Shown piece by piece: positions 1 to 13,400 of a stretch of DNA of 64,000 nt (position 1 is its first letter; each line of letters starts with the position of its first letter). Below the pieces are notes generated by a model. It made no database searches. It was not told the origin of the DNA and saw only the letters and a program-made list of their open reading frames with translations. A program made the position numbers and the translations under genes. The stretch comes from Takakia lepidozioides (Eukaryota > Plantae > Bryophyta): the NCBI GenBank assembly GCA_030704615.1, contig CM060734.1, positions 59,272,001 through 59,336,000 on the forward strand, written 5' to 3'.

Positions 1-1959
1 AGATAGAGTTGTTTTATGCTTGCATGGCCCTCCAAGTCATAGAGGTTCTTCGCCCATTTCTTTCATTTGCTGAATAGTTCATTGAGAACAAGGCACATAA
101 CATGCTAGCCTTAATGTTGGACCCACGGTTCAAAGGCTTATAGTGCATTGTTGATTACATTGGTAGGATGTCAACTGAACGTCTGGTGCAAGAATATGAT
201 TCAATTGTATTGCTGCCACTATTGACCACTGTGATTGAGCACTTGAACCCTAAAGGTGGCACAGCTCTGCATCCACCCATGGATTGTTTGGTAGGGCTGC
301 CTCCACTGAGGAGGCCAGTGAGTGCTTATTGAAGGCTGAGCTTTCTTTATTCCGATGCTTTCCCGTTGACAATGAGGAGAAACTGGATCCAATGAAATGG
401 TGGTTTGAGCATGAGACAAGGTTCCCTAATGTTGGGTGGTTGGCTCGTCAAATTCTTGGAATACCTGGTTCTCAGATTGAGATGGAGAGAATTTTCTCCG
501 TGGCAGGTGTGTTGACTGCTTTTAGACGATGTCGTCTGGGGGTGGATAATCTGGACAAATTGGTAATGGTTTACAAAAATTGGCCCAGTGTTGATTGTAA
601 GCTAGTCGAAGCAGGAAAGTTCAAGGACTTCTTGGAGGATGAGGACATACTAGTTGACGAGAACGAGGAGCTGATTGAGGAGGCAGGGCTGTTTGAGAAC
701 GACGAGTAGGGGTAGGCTTGTGAACTTTGAAAAAAAATAAAAAATTCTGCATTTTGGCTGAGTCTCCAGCTTTAAATGTATGTGGTTTTAATCTAGGATA
801 GCTTTCTTGCAGGTGTTGGAGTGGTTGCTGACATGGAGTTGTTGCAGTGCTGGAGTTTGGGCTGCATCAACAGATTTGATAAGTATTTTTAAACTGCTGA
901 TTGTTTATGTTTGATATTGACCAATGCTTATACTCCGCATCCACTTGACCTTCGAGGTCTAACTTGGGTGTTTTTGTTCTTCACAGGTGCGGAGTTTCAA
1001 GACATGGCACACCACCATCTATCATTTGAGGTGGAGATCAGCTACTGTACTTAGGCATTGCAAGAGTAGCCAACCAACGTACCAGTCACCTGCAAATTAG
1101 CCAGTGTTTGAGTGACCACAAATTTGCTTTTATTTTGGGATCCTCGGTTCCATTGCAATGTTGATTTTTTAGCCCTGTCATCTGGTTCTTAACTTTGCTC
1201 ATGCTGGTATTGGCGAGGACAAGAAATTGACAGCAAACCAAAGAGATTCTGGCATATAGTAGAGTAGATCATTTGATAAGCTTCACATATGCATAACTCA
1301 ACAGGAGAAATTTCATAAGCTCATGGCAGTTCCTAATTTCAATTGTTGTTTCTATTTGTATTAGTGCTCTGTCGCATTCAACATTAGTCTTTGTGGCTTG
1401 AAAGAAAAACAGTGGCAGTGAAATTAGTTATAAATGCAAGGCCAAAAATTTCCATATGTATGCTACAATATTCAGTGTGTGTTTCTCTCTAAAATGCAAA
1501 TTTTTGATATTTTACCCGAAGTTGATATCAACAGGTATCAAGGTTTTCATACCCTTGTTGATACCAGGTCGGCAAAAGTGAAATGCTACCATTATTGATA
1601 CCCTACAAGTAACAAAATCCGGGTTTATTATTATTATTGCATACCTGTGTTTGGGACATCTCTAAATTCTTATACTACCAGGACCCTCCTAGTATCTCCA
1701 AAACGCGATACCAAACCAACACTGATGTATACTCTACTTGTTTTCACTTGATATCTGCCATTTGATAAATCTATAACTCAAGATGGCTTTGGAATGATAC
1801 CAGAGTTGATATCTCAGACCAGCTGGTATTGGGGTCATGATACTCATATTCATACCAGTATCTGGAAATAAAATACATCCACCATTATATAGACCATACT
1901 GGTATGAAAGTTTTGTGATACGTCTGGTATGTAAAAAACTTGATACCAGTCCAACACTG
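1..1959 (+). mobile_element. 3' part of a degraded hAT DNA transposon (transposase C-terminus, subterminal repeats, probable right terminus)
   Basis: The 5' sequence reads AHNMLALMLDPRFKGL* (internal stop). ORF 284-709 has the hAT dimerisation signature DPMKWWFEHETRFPNVGWLARQILGIPGSQIEMERIFSVAG. Region 1520-1959 is dense in GATACC/GGTATC motifs and ends ...GATACCAGTCCAACACTG (reverse complement CAGTGTTGG, a hAT-like TIR start). Confidence 0.8.
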
Positions 1960-2335
1960 GTCCCGTCTCGAAATTGTTACAACATTGGGTGTAACAAAAC
2001 TTTTCCTAACCCAAGTCCAACGACTGGTGAAATACAATTCGGCCTCAAGATACTGATAAAGCGGGTATCGAGCATTGATGTGACCCCTACGAAGGGTCGG
2101 AGAATCTCTCAGGTTCTGAGTGGACCCGTCCGGGAATTGTTACAACATCGGCTGCAACAAAAACGAATGTAATATTTCTGGGACGACTGGATTACCGTGG
2201 CATCACGATAATGATAAAGTGGGTATCGTGCATTGATAGGACTGCGACAAAGGGAGTCTGAGAAAATCTGAGTTTGGGAGTGGGCCCGTCCGTCCGGGAA
2301 TTGTAGCAACATCGGGTGTACAAATAAAATGAATG
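1960..2335. repeat. Diverged ~160-bp tandem repeat, about 2.3 copies
   Basis: CCCGTC..GAATTGT(T/A)..CAACAT.GG.TG recurs at ~1962, ~2124 and ~2284. GATAAAG.GGGTATCG.GCATTGAT recurs at ~2055 and ~2213. Confidence 0.7.
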
Positions 2336-4439
2336 AAATAGTAGCGGTTGGTGGTACGATGAAGTATCCCCGAAAGATGCAACGAAATAATAGGGAACAG
2401 TGGAATATATAAACGGGAAAGCCTGCCGGCTTGCTCTTTCCGTTTTCTCGCGAAAAACCCGCGCACTTAGGCCTAGGCGTCTTCTTCTTCCCGTGTCTCT
2501 CGCTCTTTCACTAACCAAACAGCATCCTCATCTCGTCTTTTGTGCTTGATTGCGCACAATATCGTTTGGCTTACAGCATGGCATTACATTGCCAGAAGAC
2601 TGATAGCGATCCTGACGTCTGGTCTACCGTCCTCTTGCATTTAATGGCAAATCGAGTGCCTGAACATCCAGTCCCGAGTAGAAGCGGTATGTGGTGTACT
2701 TTATTGTGATCGTATTCTGTCATCATAGCATTCCTTTTCTTCGTGCACTCCTTTCTGCCAACTTTCTTCTCAGTTTGCTTCACCCTGCCGGAATATCAGA
2801 GGTCACTGTCGTGTCGATACTGAGTCTCTGTCCGTACAATGCCAGATTGCTTGCTCACTCTTTGTTCGCAGTTTTTGTGCTCTCTCTCTCTTTTCCTAGT
2901 CCTTGTTTCCGTCACCTCCTCACGGCACTCGGATAGATCAAGTCGAAAGCAGTATCTGGTTCCAATATTTGAAAAATAGAGGCCTCTCACTGGCCGACTT
3001 TGCAGAAATTCCCGGTTCTGAAACCTGCTCTCCTTTCATTTCGAAGCATTCGCGTCAGAGCCACCTGGCAGGCAATCAGATCCTGTCCGAAATTTCTGAC
3101 ATATTACACGATCAAGGAATTTTCGACCTACAGAGAGCTTTGTGCTCTTACTATTGGCATCCTGAGCTGCAGTAGTTTTTGTGGTCGGTCCTTCCCTCCA
3201 AGTCTGATCTACTTTCATTGTCGCTTCATCGCTTTAGCCCTAAGAGGCGCTGTGACTCCGAGGATAGTTTCAGTTGAGGGTTCTCTCTCCGGGCCTTGGA
3301 AAGCAACTTGGCTTATCTGGCCCTAACACATGCAAATCCATCCCATTCCACTACCCAGCAATCCAAAGAGGGTTCGCATTAGGCAACATCAAGAAGTCGG
3401 AGCCCTGTGGCTGGTTTCGGGCTTCTTGACATTGCCTGAAATAAGCAGGAGGAATGTAACCCGAATCGAAATTCAGCGTCATCGCTCCATTGTCACAGAC
3501 TCAGGTTCTTTTCGGACACTTCCATCATTACAAGCATGTCCTTTGTGTTTCTGTATAGGTGTGTCTGCGACAGAAAGAGAGAAAGTGATCAGCGCCAGTG
3601 TTTTCTTCCTTCTCACAATGGTTGACATGTGTAGAGCGGGGAAGGACGGCAAAACAATGACACGTTGGGTTTGTAGATTTTCTGGAAATTTGGGAAGAGA
3701 GATATTTGACCTTGTCAGTCAAATACAGATATTATACCATCAAATATCACCAAATTTGAAATGTCAGTTTGTTTAATTCTCATAAGCTGGGTCTTCACCT
3801 GGATTTCAGCATGGAGCAGAAAGATGAAGAGATGATACTTGCATGGAAGCACATTAAGTCAACTTGACCTGCGAGCCTTCAATGAGGTTGCATATGCTTT
3901 GAAAAAGACTGCACAAGCAAGCTGGCTCTTGGGCAGCATGTTACACAGAAACATTTACAAACTGATGAAGTTTGAGACAATGCTGGACTGCAGTCAACAG
4001 GAGCCTTCAAATCCTGTCTTGCTGCTACTCTGTGTATACAGATGTTCTGAGTTACCCTCTCTCGTGCCTCATATCCTTCTGATCACATTTGCATTAGTTT
4101 GTAATTTTATGTTTGGTTCATCCAGACATTTATTGTCTGACCCTCATTAAATACACATTGCAGGCATCTAGGGGTAATGGGCGACACTCCACCAGGAGGC
4201 TTTCGTGCCAGGGTTGTGTTGCTGGCACACCTGTGTTGACAATGACACCCTTGATCCATGACTGTTTGCGGCTCTTCACTGATGTGATTGGTACCACCTG
4301 ACCTATGTACGAGGCATGTGACCTCAAATGTCCTACAGACAAGATGTGGGTCTCTTGAGATGGATGGAAAGATGAACAAGCTGTGGCTCTCTTGAGCTAC
4401 TGTCTATAGTGCTGTAGTTTGAGGTGGTTGTGTAAAACG

Positions 4440-7400
4440 ATGATGCGGACTATACGGCCTCCTGAATCCAAGCAAGCAACGACTTTGCAGGTACTTTTCT
4501 GCCATTTACTTACTTCACACCTCTTTAGCAAATGAAGAGTTCACCTGCTGGAAAGTGTTTGAAGAGATTATCTATTCTCTGGACACTGGACCTGGCTTTC
4601 CTCCACAGCCTTTCATTGCTGTGGGCCTTTTATGGAGCCCTGCACCAACATCGCATGGGTGGGTTCCCATTGTGAATCTGAGCAACGTGCCATGGGTGTG
4701 CCTTCCCATGAAGCTTTGGTGCATCTGCCCCAGACCTGCACTTCAAAGTCAGCAATGCACATAGTTGAGAGTGGTTTCTGAGTATGTTTTGCAAATTTTG
4801 GCTTGTGTTCTTTTGGCTGGAATCTTAGAGCAGCTCTTTTCTGCTTCTGCAACGTTGAGAGAGAGAGAGAGAATGTACTCATACAACATTGTTTGCCGTA
4901 GCAGAGAGAGAGAGAGATGACTCGAAACAGCTGGTCACTGTTATAGAGGATGTAGTTGATTTATCTTCATACTCCTAGGTTGGCTTGTCAAGGCTATGAG
5001 GCAGCATTTTTCTGGTTTCCTTCCTCTTTTTCGATTTCTTCTTCTGTGTGTCTTTCCTTGATAGTTTGTCCTTGTGCCTCGTTTAATTTTTGAAGCACTT
5101 CTTTACCTTCAATGTGGCTACCTATCTCATTTTATCTTTGTTTCAAACCGGAGTTCAGACTTTAGTTGGCTCTCACATTGATATTTATATTTTCAGTGAG
5201 AGATTTGAAACTAAACTGAGGGACTTATCACCTGTTTCTGCTAAGTGTTCTAGTGCAAAATTCTCAACTGGTTTTGTTGTTGTGACCCATCCATCAGGTA
5301 GCAGTAAGATGCCGTCCTCTTACAGCTAAAGAAAAGCTCAAGAGTCGGGACATACTTCGAGTTGTGGATGACAAGGTTAGTCTAAAACTACTTCGAATTT
5401 CAAAAGGGTTCATAATATGCTTCTAGGTATCAGAAGATTCTGTCCTAAATATAGCAATTTCTATGAAGTCAAATTACGCTCATGATATTGACTCAGTGCG
5501 TTAGGTTGGACCACAGCATCTTTTGGCTAGACCTCCAGCAGCAATGTGGTTGCAAAGACTCATCAGTGGAAACTGTCATCTTATCGTGCACAGGTGGTAG
5601 TGGTGTTGGATCCAGATGTCTCCAAGGAGTACCTAGATCGAGTGCAGGGACGAAGCAAGGAAAAGAGATATGCATATGATGTTGCATTTGGTGCAGAGTC
5701 AACAAATGAGGTACTTACAAATACCGCCTGCGATGGTTCATTCAATGTTGAGACTGGATTGCTTCCTTGGTGTGCCTCCTCATGCCCTTGGCATGTAATC
5801 TTTGAGAGGTAAGCTCTAACTGTGTCTTCATTGACACCAAGTGTTTCAATCACATGCTCCTCATTCAATCACACTCTGGACATAACCCTCTCCTCTTTCC
5901 ATGTCGGTGTGTACGTCTCCAGCCTGTGGTGGAGAGCACAGGTTTGATCTTCCAAGGGATTGGCACAACCAATTGATTATTAATGTTTTGTCTCTTGTTC
6001 ATTTGTCAAAGGCAGTCTTTATCAGTCAACTTGACAGTCGCCTCCCAAAAGATCTGAAATCCTAACATAAACTCGTGCGCTAATTGGCAGGATGTTTACA
6101 AAGTTACAGTGGGCTCAATGGTTGAAGGGGTCGTGCGTGGTCTTAATGCAACCATATTTGCCTATGGAGCTACAGGAAGGTATTGATCTGAAATGCACCG
6201 GAGGAATTTAAATATGGACCAATGTATAGAACGTAATGAGTGAGGTGGGAGCCATCGTGAATGTAGGTTCTCATATATCTGTCCCGTTTCTTACTCTGGA
6301 ACAGCTGCAATCAGTGATAGGTGGTGATATTTGGGATTTGTCTAGAGAAGATGGTTGTTTGACCACATGCTATCCGGTCCATTGAGGAAATAACCAAGAG
6401 GGTTAAAGCTCTCAAGATATTGTCTCATTATAATTTGAGTTGGTCTTTACAATCTGTGCACCAACATTTCCTTTCTTCTGTATTGTAGTCTTACACTCAA
6501 CTACGGGGCTCTCCAGGAAACATATACATATACATTTCTTTGATATTTTGTGTGGCAGTGGGAAAACACACACCATGGCTGGGACACTGGAGGATCCAGG
6601 GCTTATGGTTCTCAGCTTGCAAGCCATATTTGCTCACATTTCCAAGCAGGAAACTGAGTATGAGTTTGAGGTTACTTGTTCCTATCTGGAAGTCTACAAT
6701 GAGGTACATGCTTGCCAATCTTACATGTCAGGTTTAGGGCATTTTACACTCTTCACTGGCTTAGTAGAAGTAAGCACTCCTCAGAGCAAGGGCATACAGT
6801 GCCTTGAAGACAAGTCCCCTGGCAGATTGAAGCTCCTCTCCACACGTGTGTAACACAGACACCTGTACTAATGACACTTTGTTTGCAGGACTTAATCGCC
6901 CTAGATCCCTTGTCTCAAGACAGTAAAATGGGAGACAGAAGAAACTAGGAGCCCCCAGTACCCATGGGAAAAAGTAGAACATGAAGAAAACCACATCAAA
7001 GGACTGCTCTGAGATAGGAAAAAAGAGATATTATGTATCTGTGAAATGGCAAGAGAAATGAAACTTTATGAGGGAGGAAGGGAGAAAGAAAAAGGGTATC
7101 TTAAATCTGTTCAAAGGTGACTTGATTAAATAGCATCCACCTTGCCTGCGTTTTGGTTCTTGTAGGTGATTTATGATTTACTTGAGAGATCATCCGGACA
7201 TTTGGAGCTACGAGAAGATCCAGATCAAGGCATCACTGTTGCTGGCCTCAAGCGCATCCAGGTCTGTCCTGTACTGCCTACAAGTAAACAAGAGGATCTG
7301 TGGGCCTCGTTATTTGAATAATGCTGGTTACTCTAAGTAGGAGAGAATATTTACATAACTTTCATGATGTTGCATCTTTGATGTGAGTCGGATTCAACTA

Positions 7401-10400
7401 CTTGTTTGACAACTGTCTCTTTGTCACAATAGTTAGGTTGCCTGAATCATGATATTAACATCCGTGACAGCTGACTTTCTCTTTTCTGACTGAAGCTGAG
7501 GTCCCACCTATTCGTTGGTCAACTTGCTTGCATGTGAATGTTAAGGGGTATCATGAAAATTCTGGAAGAGATTTGTGTTTATGGTGCCAATGAAATTTCT
7601 CCTTGGAGCTGGTTATGGTTTTTCTCCTTGAAGTGAGGAGAGATTTTAAACATGCTTTTGTTGGAGAATTGACAGTGCCTATTGAAGAAATCCTTGTGTT
7701 TTACATGCCAAGAAGCAGGCAAAATCTTGTGTCATAACCCTGCCCAGGCATTGGCAATCTTTTTTTATCCAATTGGGCCGTGAGTGAGAGACCTCAGTAG
7801 CTTTATTTATGGTACCCTGCTGAACAACGAGAGGTACAGTATGCTTACTGTATTGACAGGCTGTCCTTTTTTGATCGCAGACCTCTAAAGGTCTTTAACC
7901 TCAATTTATATGTGGTAGATGTTAAAGCCTCCGTGGGTCTGGTGGCATTTCAAAGAAAAAGCAACTGAACACTTCAAAGGTTTTGGAGTTGTGCAACCCC
8001 AAATCGGAGGAGGGGGAACCACAGCTAGCTCATTCTTTGCCACCTCTCGGAACAGGCCCCAGATCAATGCTTAGGAATCATGTGATCTATGGTTCCAAGG
8101 TCTTAGTGCCTGGACAGGGCCAGAGAGGGATGAGGTCACTCCAGCTTGAGAGAGTGTTGACTATATGTTAAGACTTCCTGAGTTGGGATAATTCATACTG
8201 CAGCCTGGTTATGGGAACAGGTAAGCTCTTCAGAGAAAATCCTTGAACTGCTCACTCAAGGAAATGCTCGGCGGAAGACGGAAAGTACTGATGCCAATGC
8301 CACCTCATCACGGTGAGTGACAGCTAACTTCAGCAGTAGGTTCAATATTATAATTTTTTCTAGCCTAACTTGTACTGATAAGCTTAGTCATCAGGTTGTT
8401 TAGAGAACATTCCTCTGTCCTTATTTTTTGCTTTAGTAGTGCAGAACCTGCTTAAGGTTATGCTTGTTCCCAAGAGAACCACTATTACAGCGGTGATGGC
8501 TGACAGTCTGCCAGAACATCAATTTTTAGTCTTCTTAGCTCCCTAAATGTAATAAAATTCTTACCATCTGTAATGCAAGTAGAATACAGTTGGGTTTCTG
8601 CATATCTCATCTTGCTAACATCTTGCTTTACTGTCGTATGGGGAACAGTTCTCATGCTGTTCTGGAGATTATTGTGAAAAGAAAGCAGCGGAATCAGTAT
8701 CGCTCCCAGATACTGCGCGGCAAGCTGGCTCTTGTGGACCTGGCTGGCAGGTTGTGTGATGACCATTATTTTCCCCTTCCTTGACTGTATTGAAGATCAG
8801 GCAAACTCAGTTCTCAATATGCAAGTCAAATGCACAAGGGAAGACATGTTGTCTGTTGGTCACTTGTGTCTCATCTAGCACATGGTCTTGGATTGATCTG
8901 CAGAAATTTGGGCTGTTCATATGTCCAGAATGGCAGTTGATATGGAGACTAAGTAGCTCACCAGCTTGATAAGTGTGTTTCCATCCATTCAGGCCTCTAG
9001 TCAGCAGTTATTAGGGGCCTATGATCTGGGTGATCCTTAGGGCTTCCTCTACTAATGCTTTGAGGGCAAGTCCAATGTGCTCTTGTAGAAGCTTGGAAGA
9101 AAAGGCCAGTATGCTTTATGGGTCCAGTATGTGGACTTCATACAAAACTAGCTTTCTATATTGGTTGATTGGCAGAAAACTCGTATGAATTGAAGGATCT
9201 TCTCTGACACTATGCACCAACATACTTGTTCTGATTCCTGCACTGCTACATTTTCCTAGGCTGTATAAAGGAATACCTCTCTGTCACAGCAGTAAACGTC
9301 CCTTGTTTCCCACTCAGAGTATTCCTGGTTTCGTTGGCATTCTGATGCACAGTGAAAGGGCTTCAGAGACAAATAATGCTGGCCAAAAACTAAGGGATGG
9401 TGCCAACATTAATCGCTCATTGCTGGCATTAGCCAACTGCATCAATGCTCTTGGCAAGCAACAGAAGAAAGGTCTTGCTTATGTTCCATATCGTAACAGG
9501 TTTGTGATCTTGGATCTTTTGTCTCCTCTTGTAGGGCATTCACTCTTCTCTTGTTTTTCTGTAGAAATATTTATAAGCCTACTGTCCTGCTTGACCATTG
9601 ATAGTACAATTGCATTATTAGCACCTAGAAGAGATGACTCTCTCTCTCCCCCTCTTTCTCTGTGATTCTGTCTTCCTGTGAGCACTTATTTGGCATTCAG
9701 GATCTTTCCTTCTTCAAATGTCCTCCTTTCTAGCAATTTCACTAGCTAAGGTATGTGCCACTAGTGCGATGGTTGCTGGAGCATTCTCTGCAGACTGAAG
9801 CACATTCCAAATTTGACATTCCAGAAGGTGGTGGGAGGAGGGGAAAACTCTTAGAAGTTAGAACCTAGCACTGTTTGTTGGGATAATTCTAAGGGCTTTT
9901 TATTGTATGTGCAGCAAACTGACAAGGCTTTTGAAGGATGGACTCAGCGGGAACTCACGTACTGTGATGGTAGCTACTGTATCATCCAGTGCTGACCAAT
10001 ACCATCACACTACCAACACTCTCAAGTATGCAGATAGGGCCAAGGAAATCAAGACCCACATTCAGGTAGTACACTCCCTCTCTTGTACAATCTGAAAAAG
10101 TGTGTGGCTGAACAGAGTTGAACTCGATACCTCAGCAGAATGTCTGCCTTGTGCTGATAGTACGAGAATTCTCCGGTTACGAAGGAGCACTCTGACTGCT
10201 ATGACCCTGCAGATCATCAGGATTCAGAAGTTGGGGTTCATGGAAAGATGCTCACCCAATTTTTTCAATTGATCTCCTTGAAGATCTTGGTACTTTGGGT
10301 TGCACTATTGCACCTCGACGATGTAAGTTAGTTGTAAAGGTGTTGTGCCATGACTACTGTTGTGCTATGACACCTTGAGCTCAGGTCAATCCTAATTCTG

Positions 10401-13400
10401 CCTGATGGCTGTTGGTATAACATGTGTCTTGCTTTGATTGCAGACAAATGTTGGGACTGTGGATGCTCATGTGGCAGACTACCAGCGAATGATAGACAAT
10501 CTCCAGGTACAAGTTATTTAAATGACATCATGTAGCCATCTGCATTGGCTTCATAGTCCAGAATCTTGCGGAAGTCTGGGGTGGTTATTATTCCTTGCCC
10601 GGTTATGTATGAAGTTCTCTGTCTCGGTCATCTGTGTGAAGAAGGTAAGGATATGTAATTTGATACCTGAGAATTGTAGAGAACTCGTGGTTATTACCAA
10701 CCTGATACCCCAAGTGCTACCCACTCTGGCAGTTCACTGCAATGGAGATAATGTGCCAGCTTCTACTGCACAATGTCTCATGCAGAGGCAGTGGCATACA
10801 GAAGGCAGAGCTGCATAATACTGATGTAACTGTCAGTTTACGCTGTTTTAGTGTTGAGGTGCACGCCTCATTTTCCAAATGAAGACTATTTAGAAAATCC
10901 AATACTCATATCATACCCAGAACATGAACATGAACAGTCTCTTGCCTGTGTCTCATTAGCTCCCTGATCCTCATTGGACAGTAACAAGTTTCTTCTCTTT
11001 CTCCTCCTCCACCCTAAATTGACTAATTCATATGATTAACTCAAGGTGCTTCATCCTTCACCGTCCACTGCATTGTCCAGATTTGGAGCCATGTTCTTGG
11101 CCCCTTTTGTACCACAATTTTAGAGGATGGATGCTTCACTGTGTGCATTCTCAGGATTACTGCCACACCACTATAGTCCAATTGCTGCCCATCGTAAATG
11201 GTAATCTATGGTCCAGGTGGAGGTGACTCAATTACGGAGGGAGCTGGCAGACAAAGACACACAGTTGAGTGCACGTACGCCTGGAAAGGAAAAGTCAGCT
11301 GATGATGAACTTTCATGGCTGGATGTGTTGAGTCATGACATAAACGAGAATGTTGAGGAAAGAATCAACTTGCAGAAAGCTCTGTTTGAAATAGAGGACA
11401 TGAATTTGCACAATCGAGCTGAGCTTCAACAACTAGATGATCTCATTGCTGATCCGGTACTTCCATCCTGACTTTCTAAGCAAGTCTGCTTCGAGGAGTT
11501 CCTTGTTCATTGGATTGCTGAGTCACAAGCACCTTTATGAAAACTCTTAGCTACCTTCTGAAATACTCTATCCAGAGCTCCATCAAAGAATTGCCTACCA
11601 GTGTCGGTTTGCAGTTTGTTTGTCAATTATTCAAAACTGAGGCAGGTTTTGGTATGTAGCCCTTGTGTAGTTTATGTGCTTGTGATTGGGGAACCTGCCT
11701 GTTACTGTGAGTATGCACTGGTGTCACCTGGTACCGTGCTACAAAGAAGATCAGATCTGGATCTAGAAGAGTCATAATTTATAATGTCTTAGCATGCTGC
11801 TGTCAAGTCCCTGAGAGTCCTCAGCAAGGATCAACAGATAATATTTCAAAATTAAGATAGTCTATACTGGATGGGATTAATGAGTATTAGGCTGCTGTAA
11901 GTCAAACCTTCAACATGAAAATTTAACAATGTTGCAATGGTGGTTTGCTATAGCAGCAGAGTTTACGCAAGGATGGGGAGAAGGATGAAGACCTTGTAGA
12001 AAGACGTCAGGTGGTTCTGGACAATATTCGGGACAATGATGAGGCTGGGGCTCATTATCGCCAGGTATGTATGCCGTCTCACGTAGTTTGGTTTGGATTT
12101 TCCTATGGATACTGAATTATAGGTAGACCCTGTCTTAATCAAAGTTAACAGCCTGTATTCATGACTGAGAATCAGCTGTTGACCAATATTAGACGTTGCT
12201 GTGTTTTCCTTACAGAGCCCAGCTTGGGCATAACCCTGAAGTTCGATCGATGATCTTCACGGAGAAGACTGGAAATTCCTGGGTTATGTAGACTTCTATT
12301 ACAGTTTTTTGTGTTCTTTTGGAATGTTAGGGACCTCAAATATCTCCCAAGAATGTGAGATGTTGAATCGGCTCAAGGAAATTTGTCTAATTGATGGATG
12401 ATGGGACAGGATATAGAACACAACGAAGCCCAGCGTAAGGAACTCCAACGACTTATTGATGAAGCTATTGACAGTGACCGTAACAAACAATTTCTGCGCA
12501 TTCTGAGCCAATACAGGCTGCTGGTAAGTCTTTTCCAAATGGCCTTCTGCTTGTTCTGATCTTACCAGATTTGATGGACCATTTGCAGATGGCATCTTAG
12601 ATGTGTGACAACAGTAGCATATTACTCTAATGGTAACATTGATGTGGTTGACAAAGGCATGGTGACTTTACTATGATGCTTCCATTTGTAATATGCACTC
12701 TCTGAGTAATACACCCTGGAAGAACAGGGTTCAAATATGAGGTCTATTAGTAGTTGATTCTTATCGAGCATGCCACAAGAAATTCAGTATTAATGTAGAG
12801 TAGGAAATGTAGAATTTATGCGTTTATGCTGATAGTCTCTTTGAGAAAAAGATCAAGCTATGCTCATGCAGATGGGCCTTTTATGACAAACAAGCTGGAA
12901 AAATCAAGGGTAAAAGAGCAACTTGATAGAATTGCTTCCCTGTAAGCAGGCTGAACAGTTGAAATTCGCTGGTTTAAATAATTTCAATTTTCTGCAATTT
13001 AACAGCAAATGCAACTATTCCTTGGGGAAAACCCCTTGTTTTGCAGGGTATGACAAATATGGAGCTGCAGTTTCAAATGGCCATAAGAGATCAGATAATA
13101 AATGATCAGAGAGAAGCACTCAGCAATCTGTGGTCAGTTCTTGAATGCTCGGGGCTGAATCATGAACAAATTCTAGAGATAGCTGCACAGCAAGGCATCA
13201 TGATAGAGGAGGGAATCATGCCTTCAGTTGTAGCAGGGCGAACACATATCCCGACTACTCCAATCCCAATCTTGCATAAACAGCCAGCCCTGGCCGCGGC
13301 TACTAGTGCGAGGTTTCCAACCTTGGGGCAGCTACAAAGCAGTCCAGATGCAATCCTCACCCCTGAGTACAGAAGCTGGGGGAATAGACATGGACGTGAA

